From assembly GCA_942493095.1 (NCBI GenBank), contig OW818675.1:2490001-2522000 (forward strand): 32,000 nucleotides of DNA, given 5' to 3'. A model generated the notes under the pieces. The model did not search any database and had not been told where the DNA came from. It was given only the letters and a program-made list of their open reading frames with translations. Source of the stretch: Candidatus Electronema halotolerans (GTDB lineage Bacteria; Desulfobacterota; Desulfobulbia; Desulfobulbales; Desulfobulbaceae). Position numbers and translations under genes: made by a program. Position 1 is the first letter of the stretch; every line of letters starts with the position of its first letter. Of this stretch, positions 1-9,247 are shown one piece after another.

Positions 1-100
1 CGCTGGGCCGCTGCGGTTTTCCGCGAAAAATCGTCCTTCTGCCTGACCGCAGGGAAAGCCGCTCCGTGAACTGGGATGCCCTGTTCTGCTGACTGGCGGC

Positions 101-124
101 AAAAATGCTGCGCTGCATTTTTTT
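101..124 (+). terminator. Possible weak intrinsic terminator upstream of tRNA-Gly
   Basis: AAAAATGC-tgcgct-GCATTTTT followed by T's; AT-rich 8-bp stem. Confidence 0.35.
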
Positions 125-171
125 TGTTGACAGTCGGCATCAGTTCTGGTAATTTGGCTCCGTTTCCAAGA

Positions 172-246
<75 letters not shown>

Positions 247-309
247 CGTGACCATGCCAAGGTTCGGACGCTGTTCGAACCTTTTTTTATTCACATTGAG
301 GCGCGCATA

Positions 310-738
310 ATGAAAACATACTACACGCCGGTGGACCAGATCGAGCGCAAATGGTTTGTCGTTGATGCTGACGGCAAAGTTCTGGGCCGCATTGCCACGG
401 AAATCGCTGACCGGCTGCGCGGCAAGCACAAGCCGACCTTCTGCAATTTTCAGGACAACGGCGATTTTGTGATTGTGATCAATGCCGAGCGGGTCCATCT
501 GACCGGCACCAAATGGGATGACAAAATATATTGGCGGCACAGCGGCTATCCGGGCGGCATCAAAAGCCGGACTGCCAAGGAAGTGCGGCAGAAGTCGCCG
601 GAAGATCTGATCACAATGGCGGTCAAAGGCATGCTGCCGCATAACAAGATCGGCGCGGCCCAGCTCAAAAAATTGAAAGTCTATGCCGGAACCGAGCACC
701 CCCATCAGGCCCAGCAGCCGCAACCTTTGGACATATAA
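310..738 (+). CDS. rplM: 50S ribosomal protein L13
   Basis: [42 protein letters not shown]... typical L13; the ORF track start at 202 lies inside the tRNA and is not used. Confidence 0.98.
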   Translation: MKTYYTPVDQIERKWFVVDADGKVLGRIATEIADRLRGKHKPTFCNFQDNGDFVIVINAERVHLTGTKWDDKIYWRHSGYPGGIKSRTAKEVRQKSPEDLITMAVKGMLPHNKIGAAQLKKLKVYAGTEHPHQAQQPQPLDI

Positions 739-750
739 GGGAGATTAGTC

Positions 751-1143
751 ATGGCGCAGGAGCAGACATACGCCACCGGAAAACGGAAAAGCGCGGTTGC
801 CAGAGTCTGGATCAAACCGGGCAGCGGTCAGGTGGCGGTCAACAGCAAGGCCCCGGCAGAGTATTTTGGCAATATTTTCTTTGAGCCGAAAGTTGCCCAG
901 CCCTTTGCGGTCACAGAAACCCTTGAGCAGTATGATGTCAAAGCCACTGTGCGCGGCGGCGGCAAGTCCGCCCAGATTGACGCGCTGGCGCATGGCATTG
1001 CCAAGGCCCTTCAGCTCGTCAACCCGGAGCTGCGCGAGTCCTTGAAAAGAGCAGGCCTGCTGACCCGTGACTCCAGAGTCAAGGAGCGGAAAAAATACGG
1101 TCAGCGCGGCGCACGGGCACGCTTCCAGTTCTCCAAGCGTTAA
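751..1143 (+). CDS. rpsI: 30S ribosomal protein S9
   Basis: [13 protein letters not shown]...[25 protein letters not shown] typical S9 with C-terminal KR; directly follows rplM. Confidence 0.98.
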   Translation: MAQEQTYATGKRKSAVARVWIKPGSGQVAVNSKAPAEYFGNIFFEPKVAQPFAVTETLEQYDVKATVRGGGKSAQIDALAHGIAKALQLVNPELRESLKRAGLLTRDSRVKERKKYGQRGARARFQFSKR

Positions 1144-1180
1144 GAACGGAACACATTTTTTTACCCTGCTGTTTGCCAAG

Positions 1181-1213
1181 GGAGGAACAGGTTTGCCTGT
1201 TCCTCCTTTTTTT
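1181..1213 (+). terminator. Rho-independent terminator after rplM-rpsI
   Basis: GGAGGAACAGG-tttg-CCTGTTCCTCC followed by TTTTTTT. Confidence 0.93.
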
Positions 1214-1294
1214 ATGCGCTCCGACCTGTCAGGAACGAGCAGTCTGCGTTATACTCAAGCCAATGCCACGAGCAACCACTCAAGAGGAACTGAC

Positions 1295-2185
1295 ATGGCC
1301 CAAAGAAAACAAGCCAGCCCGCTGAAAAATCTTGCTGTCACTATCCTGATCGTTCTTATTGCCGGAGCCTTTCTGATCCTCAAAGGCAGCACCCCGGAAT
1401 TTCTCCGGCAGTACATTCCGCCCCAGCTACATTCGATTTTCTATCCTGACCAAAGCAGTTCAGGCGGCGGAGTGCAAATCGACAATCTGCCCGCCACCCA
1501 AGGCAACAGCACCATCACTTCTTTTTCCACAGCCAAGACCCAGCTCAAAAAGCTCTATGTCGGTGCCGGACACTTCACCACCTTTTACTGCGGCAGCACA
1601 TTTGACCAAGATTTCAATCTTGACCACAGCAGGAGCGGCTTTCATTATCGCGTGAATGAGGCACGGGCCAACCGGGTCGAATGGGAGCACATTGTTCCGG
1701 CAGAAGCCTTTGGTCAGAGCTTTTCCGAGTGGCGGGACGGCCATCCTGACTGTATGGACAGTAAGGGGCAACCGTACAAAGGCCGCAGATGCGCTTCCAA
1801 GGTCAATGAGCAGTTCAATTTAATGGAGGCGGACATGTACAATCTTGTTCCGGCCATTGGCGAGGTCAACGGCGACCGCAGCAACTACAGCTATGCCATG
1901 CTGGAGGGCGAGGAGCGCGAATACGGGGCCTGCAACATGGAGATCAGAGACCAGAAAGCCGAGCCGCCGGATGACAAATACGGCGACATTGCCCGTGGGT
2001 ATATGTACATGGAGGCGGCCTATCATCGCGGGGTGATTTCGGACAAGAACGTCAAGCTCTTTGAGGCGTGGAACAGGATGGACCCGGTTGACAGATGGGA
2101 ATGCGAACGCGCCCGGCTGATTGAGAAAATCCAAGGCAACCGCAACATGATTGTGGCTAAAGCCTGCCAAGAGGCCGGACTGTGA
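1295..2185 (+). CDS. EndA/NucM-type endonuclease I with N-terminal membrane anchor or signal
   Basis: N-terminal hydrophobic LAVTILIVLIAGAFLIL; nuclease motifs TTFYCG, RANRVEWEHIVPAEAFG, NEQFNLMEADMYNLVPAIGEVNGDRSN; the ORF start at 1067 overlaps rpsI, so the internal Met is preferred. Confidence 0.85.
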   Translation: MAQRKQASPLKNLAVTILIVLIAGAFLILKGSTPEFLRQYIPPQLHSIFYPDQSSSGGGVQIDNLPATQGNSTITSFSTAKTQLKKLYVGAGHFTTFYCGSTFDQDFNLDHSRSGFHYRVNEARANRVEWEHIVPAEAFGQSFSEWRDGHPDCMDSKGQPYKGRRCASKVNEQFNLMEADMYNLVPAIGEVNGDRSNYSYAMLEGEEREYGACNMEIRDQKAEPPDDKYGDIARGYMYMEAAYHRGVISDKNVKLFEAWNRMDPVDRWECERARLIEKIQGNRNMIVAKACQEAGL

Positions 2186-2417
2186 GGCCTTGAACGGTCA
2201 ACGCTGAACTTCCGCCAAACAGACAGTTGCCTGATGCCGTGATCCTTCCTCCAAAGGCGCGGCAGTGTCATTTCTGTTGACATTCTGCTGCCGCCGCAAT
2301 ATCTTGGCCTGATCAATATGTTCTCTTCCGTCCGTCAGCAGAGGCATCCATGAGCCGCTTTCTCATCAAGCCCTTTTGGGCAGCTCCTTTCTTGCAGTAT
2401 CATCCAAGGCTTGACAC

Positions 2418-3608
2418 ATGATCAAGCAGCCAGTTCAGCGCGGAACAGCAGTGAAGTTTCTGCTGCCAATCTTCTTTTTTTATGCGGCAATTTTCGCGAT
2501 TGGCACTGCTCAGGCCGCTGCAAGTATGGTGCGGAAATTGTGTTATCTTCAGGCCGGTCAAGCGCAGGGGCCGCAGCTACTTGTTTCCTCAGATGCTTCC
2601 TCACAAGCCGCCGCCATTGAGAAAAACGGGATGCTGCAAAGCCGCCGCATCATCTTCGGCGACAAACAATCCAAGGCTCTGTTTCATAAATCATTTCTCA
2701 GGCATGGTGATTGCCTTCTTGTCAATCCTGATGAGACAATGAGCCTTGATGTTTACGAGGAACTGCCAAGCGGGTTGCGCCGTAAGGTTGCAGCATCAAG
2801 TTTTTTGCCTGCTGTCTATTACGCGCATCAAGACAAGTCCAAGCACTACGGGCTGCTTGAGCAGAGCCAGTTGCCGCAATTGACTGCTGTCAGCAATCAT
2901 CATGAAAGCAGTACAGATGCAATTGTCAACTATGCCCAAAATCTGCCAAACGACTTGTTCTTGATATACATCACCTGTCCTGCTGACCGCAACAGTTTGT
3001 GTGATCTCAGAATCAGGAACAAGGGCGCATGGCTGAAGGAGGCAAAAACTGGCAAGACGCTGACTCTTAAAGTGCTGGCCCGCTCGCAACGGGAAAACAA
3101 TACTTCTGGAAAAAGCCAGCGGACGCATGTCAACAGCGACACGCCGCAGGGCCTTTACTATATCTGGGGTGCTGTCACCGGCGGCGGCACCAGCGCATGG
3201 CACCACCTTGCCCGCCTTGATCTTGACGCAGCTCTGCCGCCAATCAACAGTCAGCCGTACAATATTCATTCCTATCTGCTCTCCAAAATTGTTCCTGATG
3301 CAGCCTTGGATGATTACTGGCTCAATGAATGGCCTTTGGCCTACAGTCTTGGCCGTGTTTTCCTCCGCATCGCTCCGGGAGATTTTGAAGGGCAGGAGAA
3401 CAAAACAGCGGCATTCAGCGGCTACAATACAACTGAAGGCTGCATCAACACTGGCAGAAATCATAAAATGCTCTTGAAGATCATGGTTGATGCCGGAATT
3501 TTCAGCCAAGATGAAGTGTTCAGCAGGGTGGAGCAATCCGCATCCAAGCAATGGCATGTTGCCAGCAAGCTCGGCAAGGCACTTGTGCTGATAAAAGATC
3601 AAGACTGA
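2418..3608 (+). CDS. Secreted protein with L,D-transpeptidase (YkuD)-like C-terminal half
   Basis: Signal peptide KFLLPIFFFYAAIFAIGTAQA; SDTPQGLYYIWGAVTG... and a TTEGCINTG Cys motif reminiscent of (S/T)HGC(I/L)(R/N). Confidence 0.5.
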   Translation: MIKQPVQRGTAVKFLLPIFFFYAAIFAIGTAQAAASMVRKLCYLQAGQAQGPQLLVSSDASSQAAAIEKNGMLQSRRIIFGDKQSKALFHKSFLRHGDCLLVNPDETMSLDVYEELPSGLRRKVAASSFLPAVYYAHQDKSKHYGLLEQSQLPQLTAVSNHHESSTDAIVNYAQNLPNDLFLIYITCPADRNSLCDLRIRNKGAWLKEAKTGKTLTLKVLARSQRENNTSGKSQRTHVNSDTPQGLYYIWGAVTGGGTSAWHHLARLDLDAALPPINSQPYNIHSYLLSKIVPDAALDDYWLNEWPLAYSLGRVFLRIAPGDFEGQENKTAAFSGYNTTEGCINTGRNHKMLLKIMVDAGIFSQDEVFSRVEQSASKQWHVASKLGKALVLIKDQD

Positions 3609-3650
3609 GGCGAGTGCGCCGCTGCTGCTTCAAAATATGAACAGAGAATC

Positions 3651-4817
3651 GTGACAACAATAGGCATCGAACAGCTTCTTGCCGAGCCGCCGTCTTTTCT
3701 TGCCGGGCAGCGGCTGGCTTTGCTTTGCAATCAGGCATCCACAGACCGGCATTTCCGCCACAGCCGCGACCTGCTCATGCAGGCCTTTCCCGGCCAGCTT
3801 GTCTGCCTTTTTTCGCCGCAGCACGGTTTTTTCAGCGAAAAGCAGGACAATATGATCGAGTCCAGCCACAGCACTGATGCTGACAGCGGCCTGCCGGTCT
3901 TCTCCCTCTATGGCGAGACCCGGCAGCCGACCGCCGCCATGTTTGATGGTTTTGACATCCTCCTGATTGACCTGCAAGATGTGGGCACACGGGTGTACAC
4001 TTTTATCTGGACCGTGGTCTATTGTCTCCAGCAGGCGGCGGCGAGCGGCAAAAAGGTGCTGCTCCTTGACCGGCCCAATCCGGTTGGCGGCCAGATTGTT
4101 GAGGGCAATCTGCTCAGGCCGGAGCTGCGCTCCTTTGTCGGCCTGCATGAAATCCCCATGCGCCACGGTCTGACTATGGGCGAGCTGGCCCTGCTCTGCA
4201 ATCAGGAAATGAGCATTGAGGCTGATTTGGAGGTGCTCAGGATGCAGGGCTGGCAGCGGGAGATGTTTTTTGCTGAGACTGGCTTTCCTTGGGTTTTTCC
4301 CTCGCCAAATATGCCGACCCCGCTGACTGCCTTGGTCTATCCAGGGCAGGTGCTCTGGGAGGGCACTAATATTTCTGAAGGACGCGGGACAACCCTGCCG
4401 TTTGAGCTGGTCGGCGCGCCTTTCATCAGACCGCAGGAGGTGCTGCGGCTTGTGGGCAAAACTGAGCTGCCCGGCTGCCTGCTCCGCCCGCTGCTTTTTG
4501 AGCCGACTTCCGGCAAATGGGCTGGCCAGCCCTGCGCAGGCTTTCAGGTTCATGTGACGGAGCCGCAGCGTTTCCGAGCATACCGGCTCAGTCTGTTCCT
4601 GCTCAAAGCCTTGTTGCAGCTCCATCCGCAGGAGTTTGCCTGGAAGCAGCCGCCTTATGAGTATGAATACGAAAAGCTGCCCATTGATCTGATCTTAGGT
4701 GATCAGAAGCTGCGCAAGGCCTTGGAAAGCGGAGCAGATATCATGGAGCTGGAGCAGACTTGGCAGGAGGAGCTGGCTGCCTTTGAGGAACGGCGGCAGG
4801 CTGTGTTGCTGTATTGA
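3651..4817 (+). CDS. DUF1343 / NamZ-like exo-beta-N-acetylmuramidase family protein
   Basis: GQRLALLCNQAS, LVCLFSPQHGFFSEKQ, FDILLIDLQDVGTRVYTFIWT, LLLDRPNPVGG, LVYPGQVLWEGTNISEGRGTTLPFELVGAPF. Confidence 0.88.
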   Translation: MTTIGIEQLLAEPPSFLAGQRLALLCNQASTDRHFRHSRDLLMQAFPGQLVCLFSPQHGFFSEKQDNMIESSHSTDADSGLPVFSLYGETRQPTAAMFDGFDILLIDLQDVGTRVYTFIWTVVYCLQQAAASGKKVLLLDRPNPVGGQIVEGNLLRPELRSFVGLHEIPMRHGLTMGELALLCNQEMSIEADLEVLRMQGWQREMFFAETGFPWVFPSPNMPTPLTALVYPGQVLWEGTNISEGRGTTLPFELVGAPFIRPQEVLRLVGKTELPGCLLRPLLFEPTSGKWAGQPCAGFQVHVTEPQRFRAYRLSLFLLKALLQLHPQEFAWKQPPYEYEYEKLPIDLILGDQKLRKALESGADIMELEQTWQEELAAFEERRQAVLLY

Positions 4818-4877
4818 AAGATTGTGCTCAGAGAAGCCAGCCAGCGGTGCTGTAGCACTCTCAGATTATTCTATGAA

Positions 4878-5951
4878 ATGGACACTCCCTCCCCGTATTT
4901 GGGCCTGATTGAAGGCTTTTTCGGACGTTCTTGGTCATTTGCGGCCCGGTATGATTATGCCGAATTTTTGCAAAAAAACGGCTGTCATTTTTATATCTAC
5001 GCGCCAAAAAGTGATCCCTGTTTGCGCAAAAGATGGCAGGAGGACTGGCCTGCTGCAACAGCAGCGCAGCTTCAGAACTTGGTCAGCCGGTATCAGAGCT
5101 TGGGGCTGGACTTTGGCATCGGCTTGAGTCCTTTTGAAATTTACAAAAGTTATGACAGCTCCGCCCGGCAAAGTCTGAAACAGAAAATAACTCGTTTGAA
5201 TCAGTTAGGGATTGACATTCTCTGTCTGCTCTTTGATGACATGCGCGGCGATTTGCCTGCTTTGGCGCAAAGACAAATTCAAATCACCTGCGATGTTCTG
5301 CATTGGACGGCAGCCAAAAAAGTGATACTATGTCCCACGTATTATTCTTTCGACCCAGTGCTTGAAAAGGTTTTCGGACCGAGGCCGGAAGGATATTTTC
5401 AGGAACTGGCCCAAGGGCTTCCGCCGGAAGTTGCTGTTTTCTGGACAGGCCCCAAGGTTTGTTCGCAGGAATATCCTGAAGCTCATTTGCAGGAGGTCAT
5501 TGCGCTGCTGGGCCGCAAACCGTTTCTTTGGGATAATTATCCGGTCAATGACGGGGCAAGAAATGCCAAATTTCTCCATCTCAAGGCCTTTGCAAACCGA
5601 CCGAGTTCTTTAGCCGGACTGACCGCAGGCCATGCCGCGAATCCCATGAATCAGCCGTGGCTCTCCCGCATTCCTTTATATTCACTTCCCCGAAGTTATG
5701 CGGAAAAGCTGCGCTATGATCCTGAAAAAACGTTCCAAGAGGCGCTGGCGCAACTGTGCGGCAACGAGTTGGCGCAACATATAGCAAGAGATATTGAAAT
5801 TCTGCAAGAGCAGGGACTGGATCATATCGACCCTGTGACAAAAGAAGAGCTTGTTCAGCAATACAGCTGCTTTGACAGCCCATACACACAAGAAATCATT
5901 GCTTGGCTCAGGGGTGAATATGCTTTTGATCCAGAGTGCCTGACTGATTAG
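4878..5951 (+). CDS. GH84-like beta-N-acetylglucosaminidase domain protein
   Basis: YLGLIEGFFGRSWSFAARYDYAEFLQKNGCHFYIYAPKSDP...LCLLFDDMRGD (paired Asp)...WTGPKVCS...PFLWDNYPVNDG; start could also be the upstream 4824. Confidence 0.8.
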   Translation: MDTPSPYLGLIEGFFGRSWSFAARYDYAEFLQKNGCHFYIYAPKSDPCLRKRWQEDWPAATAAQLQNLVSRYQSLGLDFGIGLSPFEIYKSYDSSARQSLKQKITRLNQLGIDILCLLFDDMRGDLPALAQRQIQITCDVLHWTAAKKVILCPTYYSFDPVLEKVFGPRPEGYFQELAQGLPPEVAVFWTGPKVCSQEYPEAHLQEVIALLGRKPFLWDNYPVNDGARNAKFLHLKAFANRPSSLAGLTAGHAANPMNQPWLSRIPLYSLPRSYAEKLRYDPEKTFQEALAQLCGNELAQHIARDIEILQEQGLDHIDPVTKEELVQQYSCFDSPYTQEIIAWLRGEYAFDPECLTD

Positions 5952-5995
5952 TGCGCACAAAAAAATATTTGTTCCATCAAAGAGGAGGGAAACAA

Positions 5996-6736
5996 ATGCC
6001 TTGGAAGAACACCGCCCTGTGGACAGGACTGCTTGCCGTTCTGCTTGTTGCCGCGCCCTGCTGGGCTGCGGAGCAGGAAATTGTCTGGTCGCAGACAGAC
6101 GGCCTGCGCTATGAAATCTATCACAGCGCGACTGCGGCAGGAGAATGGGAGCAGCCGGAAAAGCTGACTGACAACAATGCCAACAATTTGCATCCGGCTT
6201 TTGTCATTGCGCCCAATGGCAGCAGATGGATATTCTGGTCCGCAGTGCGGCCTGACGGCATCAGCATTCAATATCTTGTCGGCAGGGACGGGAACTGGTC
6301 AGAACCGATGACTATGGAGATGGAGGGCCTCACCTCAGCCATCGCCCCCTCGGTGCTGCTTGATCAGCAGGGGACAATCTGGATGGTCTGGGCTGGCAAT
6401 GACGGCAGCAGCCAGGATGAAATTTACTGGAGCCGTCATAAAGGCTCGGCGTGGCAGAAACCGCAGATGCTCAATGCCGCCAATCAAGTTCCTGACATCA
6501 GGCCGGAGATCAGCCGCAATGAGCAGGGTCAGCTGGAAGTCCGCTGGCAGGGCTTCAGGGATGACAAATACAAAGACCTTGCTTCAGTCTGGGACGGCAC
6601 AGCCTGGTCTGCGGAGCAGGAGTTCAAAAAAGAGGAGGAGCCGGAGAAGGAGGCACCGGTTCTGCCTGAATTTGTTCCGCAAGGCAGCCAGTATGTGCTG
6701 CTTGATGCGCCCGCTGGTCAGGAGGGTGGAAAATGA
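5996..6736 (+). CDS. Secreted sialidase/BNR-like beta-propeller protein
   Basis: Signal peptide [17 protein letters not shown]; repeated blades with [18 protein letters not shown] and [21 protein letters not shown]. Confidence 0.55.
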   Translation: MPWKNTALWTGLLAVLLVAAPCWAAEQEIVWSQTDGLRYEIYHSATAAGEWEQPEKLTDNNANNLHPAFVIAPNGSRWIFWSAVRPDGISIQYLVGRDGNWSEPMTMEMEGLTSAIAPSVLLDQQGTIWMVWAGNDGSSQDEIYWSRHKGSAWQKPQMLNAANQVPDIRPEISRNEQGQLEVRWQGFRDDKYKDLASVWDGTAWSAEQEFKKEEEPEKEAPVLPEFVPQGSQYVLLDAPAGQEGGK

Positions 6737-7707
6737 GAGGTTTTGCATGGCGCAGCATCTGGGCAGTGCTGCTCTGGCTTGTCATCAGCGCGGGCGCAAG
6801 TCAGGCCGCCGACACAGTGGTCTGTTTTGGCGATTCCATCACCGCAGGCTATAAAAGCGGCTCTGCCTCCGCCTATCCAACGTACTTGCAGCCCATGCTG
6901 GATGCGAACACCTTTGTTGTGGTCAATGCGGGCAAAGGCGGCGAGGACACCTACAGCGGCGTGTCCCGCTTTGCCAGCGTGCTGGCCACCTATCAGCCCA
7001 AGTATGTGATCATCATGGAAGGAGCCAATGATGTGGTGGAGCGGATTTCCTCCTCAGCCACCAGCTTCAACGTGGCCAGCATGGCCAAGCAGGCCAAAGA
7101 TGCCGGGGCCACGCCGATCATGTCCACCATCACCCCTAATATAGACGACAGCTTCACGCCGGAAAACTACAATCCAGAGATCATACAGGCCGCCGCAGAC
7201 AATGGTGTCACCTTGGTTGACACCTACAGCCGGGTGGCTGCGGACTGGCCAAGCCTCAATTTTGACGGCATGCATCCGAACAGCGATGGCGCGTACATCA
7301 TTGCCGAGGGTTTTGCCCAGCAGCTGGTGGATACGAGAAACAGTCAGGAAGGCGGCGGGGGAGGAGGCAGCAGCGGCTGCTTCATTGCCACTGCCGCCTT
7401 TGGCACGGCGTTGGAGCATCATGTCATTCTGCTGAAACGCTTTCGTGATCTCTATTTGCTGACTAATGCGCCTGGCAAGGCCTTTGTCAAATTCTACTAC
7501 ACCTATTCGCCGTCAATTGCCGCTTTCATTGCCCGGCATGATGCAGCCCGGCTGGCGGTCAGGACAGCCCTGCTGCCGTTTTTGGGCGCGGCCTGGGTGC
7601 TTGTGCAAGCCACGCCAGCGCAGCAGGCGGCAGTGCTGATCATGGCCTATTGTCTGCTGCTGGCAGCAGTGTGGCTGCGGCGGCGGAAAAAGTGCCTGGC
7701 CCAGTGA
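6733..7707 (+). CDS. SGNH/GDSL hydrolase with Gly-rich linker and CFI-box-type C-terminal membrane region
   Basis: [15 protein letters not shown] block [26 protein letters not shown] block V; [18 protein letters not shown]...; C-terminal TM plus RRRKK; overlaps the previous stop by ATGA. Confidence 0.85.
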   Translation: MRGFAWRSIWAVLLWLVISAGASQAADTVVCFGDSITAGYKSGSASAYPTYLQPMLDANTFVVVNAGKGGEDTYSGVSRFASVLATYQPKYVIIMEGANDVVERISSSATSFNVASMAKQAKDAGATPIMSTITPNIDDSFTPENYNPEIIQAAADNGVTLVDTYSRVAADWPSLNFDGMHPNSDGAYIIAEGFAQQLVDTRNSQEGGGGGGSSGCFIATAAFGTALEHHVILLKRFRDLYLLTNAPGKAFVKFYYTYSPSIAAFIARHDAARLAVRTALLPFLGAAWVLVQATPAQQAAVLIMAYCLLLAAVWLRRRKKCLAQ

Positions 7708-7729
7708 AGCGTGTAACTGACTTTGATTC

Positions 7730-7755
7730 GGCAGCACCAAAGGAGAGGTGCTGCC
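7730..7755 (+). terminator. Terminator-like hairpin after SGNH hydrolase gene
   Basis: GGCAGCACC-(8 nt)-GGTGCTGCC perfect 9-bp stem; weak U-tract. Confidence 0.45.
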
Positions 7756-7792
7756 ATCATTTCACCGTGCCGGAAAAATTGGGATCTCCGAG

Positions 7793-9055
7793 CTTACCAT
7801 CCATCACTTTTCTTGACAGAGCTTGAACGCCGGAGTAAAAAGATTGAAAAAACAATTCGTTTATTCAAACTCTGTGAAATATGAGCACGATCAGTCATCT
7901 GGCAGAGGAAATCTCGTCCGGCCTGCGGGACGTTTTGCCCGGAATTAACAGGAATCCTCTGCGCAAGTTAAGCTTGTGCGCGGCGGCGGTTTTGGAAGTT
8001 CAGAGTTGCAATACTATGGACATGGCGGCTGTCCTTCCGCTGGAAACAGAACGGATTGACATGCGATATCAGTGGTTAAGCCGTTTCCTGAGCACAGACT
8101 CAATCGACAATGATGATGCGATGCGGCCTTTCATCCGTCAGGCATTGGAGACGGCCTCCGCTTCGGGAGAAACGCTGATTCTGTGCATTGACCAGACGCA
8201 GCTATCCGACCGTTTCGGCATTCTTTCGCTGTCATTGCGCTTCGGCGGTCGGGCCCTGCCTCTGCTATGGCGGGTCCGAAAAGGACAGGGCAATATCGGC
8301 TCGGATATCTGCATGGAACTTCTTGAAAAAATAAAATCATTCCTTCCAGAGGGCAGCAGAGTGCTGCTGCTCGGCGACCGTTTTTACGGTCAAGCACCGC
8401 TGATTGCATTCTGCCACCGCAGCGGCTGGGATTATCGGCTCCGCCTCAAGGAAAATCTTAAAGTTTTCAATGAGGCCGGCGATGAGACATCTCTTGCGGA
8501 CCTTGTTCCTGCTGAAAAGAAAGGTCGCAAGGAACTGCTTATGAAAAATATTTATCTGACAGAACAGCGGGTTCAGACAAATTTAAGCATTCTCCAGGAG
8601 CCGGGACATGATGAGCCTTGGCTGCTGGCAGTCGGAGGAACTGAGCCAAATTATTATAAAACACTTGATTACGGCATGCGCTGGGGATGCGAGGCCATGT
8701 TCAGCGATTTCAAAACCAGGGGGTTCGGTCTGGAGGACACAAAACTGGAGCGCGCCGACAGAATCGCCAGACTGATGCTGATCCTCTCGGTCGCCATGCA
8801 CTGGTGCGTACTCGCCGGACTCCGCGACAGGATGCGGAACCCGCTTCCAAGAGAAAAAAACTGAAAATTTCGGATTTGACGACGTTGCCGACAAGGATGC
8901 GGAACAGCATGAGCTGCCGCCAGTCGTCAGAAAAACTTGGAGAAGTGTCTGTTCTTATTTCAAAAGAGGACTCAGGCTGCTCAGAAGATACGCTCAGATG
9001 CTCCGTCCCCTGCCTCCCTTGTTTTTTACATTGCGAAAAAGTGATGGATGGTAAG
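7793..9055 (+). mobile_element. IS4-family element A (1263 bp)
   Basis: Perfect 19-bp terminal inverted repeats CTTACCATCCATCACTTTT; 10-bp direct repeat GATCTCCGAG at 7783-7792 and 9056-9065. Confidence 0.95.
7881..8864 (+). CDS. IS4-family DDE transposase
   Basis: LILCIDQTQLSD, VLLLGDRFYG, and YGMRWGCEAMFSDFK matching the Y-x2-R-x3-E-x6-K signature. Confidence 0.93.
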   Translation: MSTISHLAEEISSGLRDVLPGINRNPLRKLSLCAAAVLEVQSCNTMDMAAVLPLETERIDMRYQWLSRFLSTDSIDNDDAMRPFIRQALETASASGETLILCIDQTQLSDRFGILSLSLRFGGRALPLLWRVRKGQGNIGSDICMELLEKIKSFLPEGSRVLLLGDRFYGQAPLIAFCHRSGWDYRLRLKENLKVFNEAGDETSLADLVPAEKKGRKELLMKNIYLTEQRVQTNLSILQEPGHDEPWLLAVGGTEPNYYKTLDYGMRWGCEAMFSDFKTRGFGLEDTKLERADRIARLMLILSVAMHWCVLAGLRDRMRNPLPREKN

Positions 9056-9190
9056 GATCTCCGAGTTTTTCTGTGGTTGACAAAATCGGGTGGTGCCCCT
9101 GTTGAGTGTTGCTGTCTCGAAAATTATGTGATACCGATTGGTTAGCATTACTGAGACAATGTGGATTCAACTCGCAAGTGCAACTTTTTT
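9056..9190 (+). repeat. Dispersed repeat R1, copy 1 (target of IS4 element A)
   Basis: CTCCGAGTTTTTCTGTGGTTGACAAAATCGGGTGGTGCCCCTGTTGAGTGTTGCTGTCTCG...GAGACAA...TGTGGATTCAACTCGCAAGTGCAACTTTTTT; lacks about 18 bp relative to copy 15259-15414. Confidence 0.92.
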
Positions 9191-9247
9191 GGCTCTCCGA
9201 GTTTTTCTGTGGTTGACAAAATCGGGTCGTCACCCTGTTGAGTGTTG
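9191..9247 (+). repeat. Dispersed repeat R1, partial copy 2 fused to IS1/IS1595-like terminus
   Basis: GGCTCTCCGAGTTTTTCTGTGGTTGACAAAATCGGGTCGTCACCCTGTTGAGTGTTG. Confidence 0.85.

Noticed and set aside
1067-1294. N-terminal extension of the endonuclease ORF
   Set aside because: Overlaps rpsI and its terminator; Met at 1295 with a following TM segment is a better start.
2796-3602. 268-aa minus-strand ORF
   Set aside because: Shadow ORF antisense to the signal-peptide-bearing 2418-3608 gene; no recognisable domain.
3630-4625. 331-aa minus-strand ORF
   Set aside because: Antisense to the well-supported DUF1343/NamZ gene; composition typical of a shadow ORF.
8994-9233. 79-aa minus-strand ORF sharing sequence with an ORF at 14928-15392
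   Set aside because: The shared peptide is just translation of the R1 dispersed repeat, not a conserved protein.
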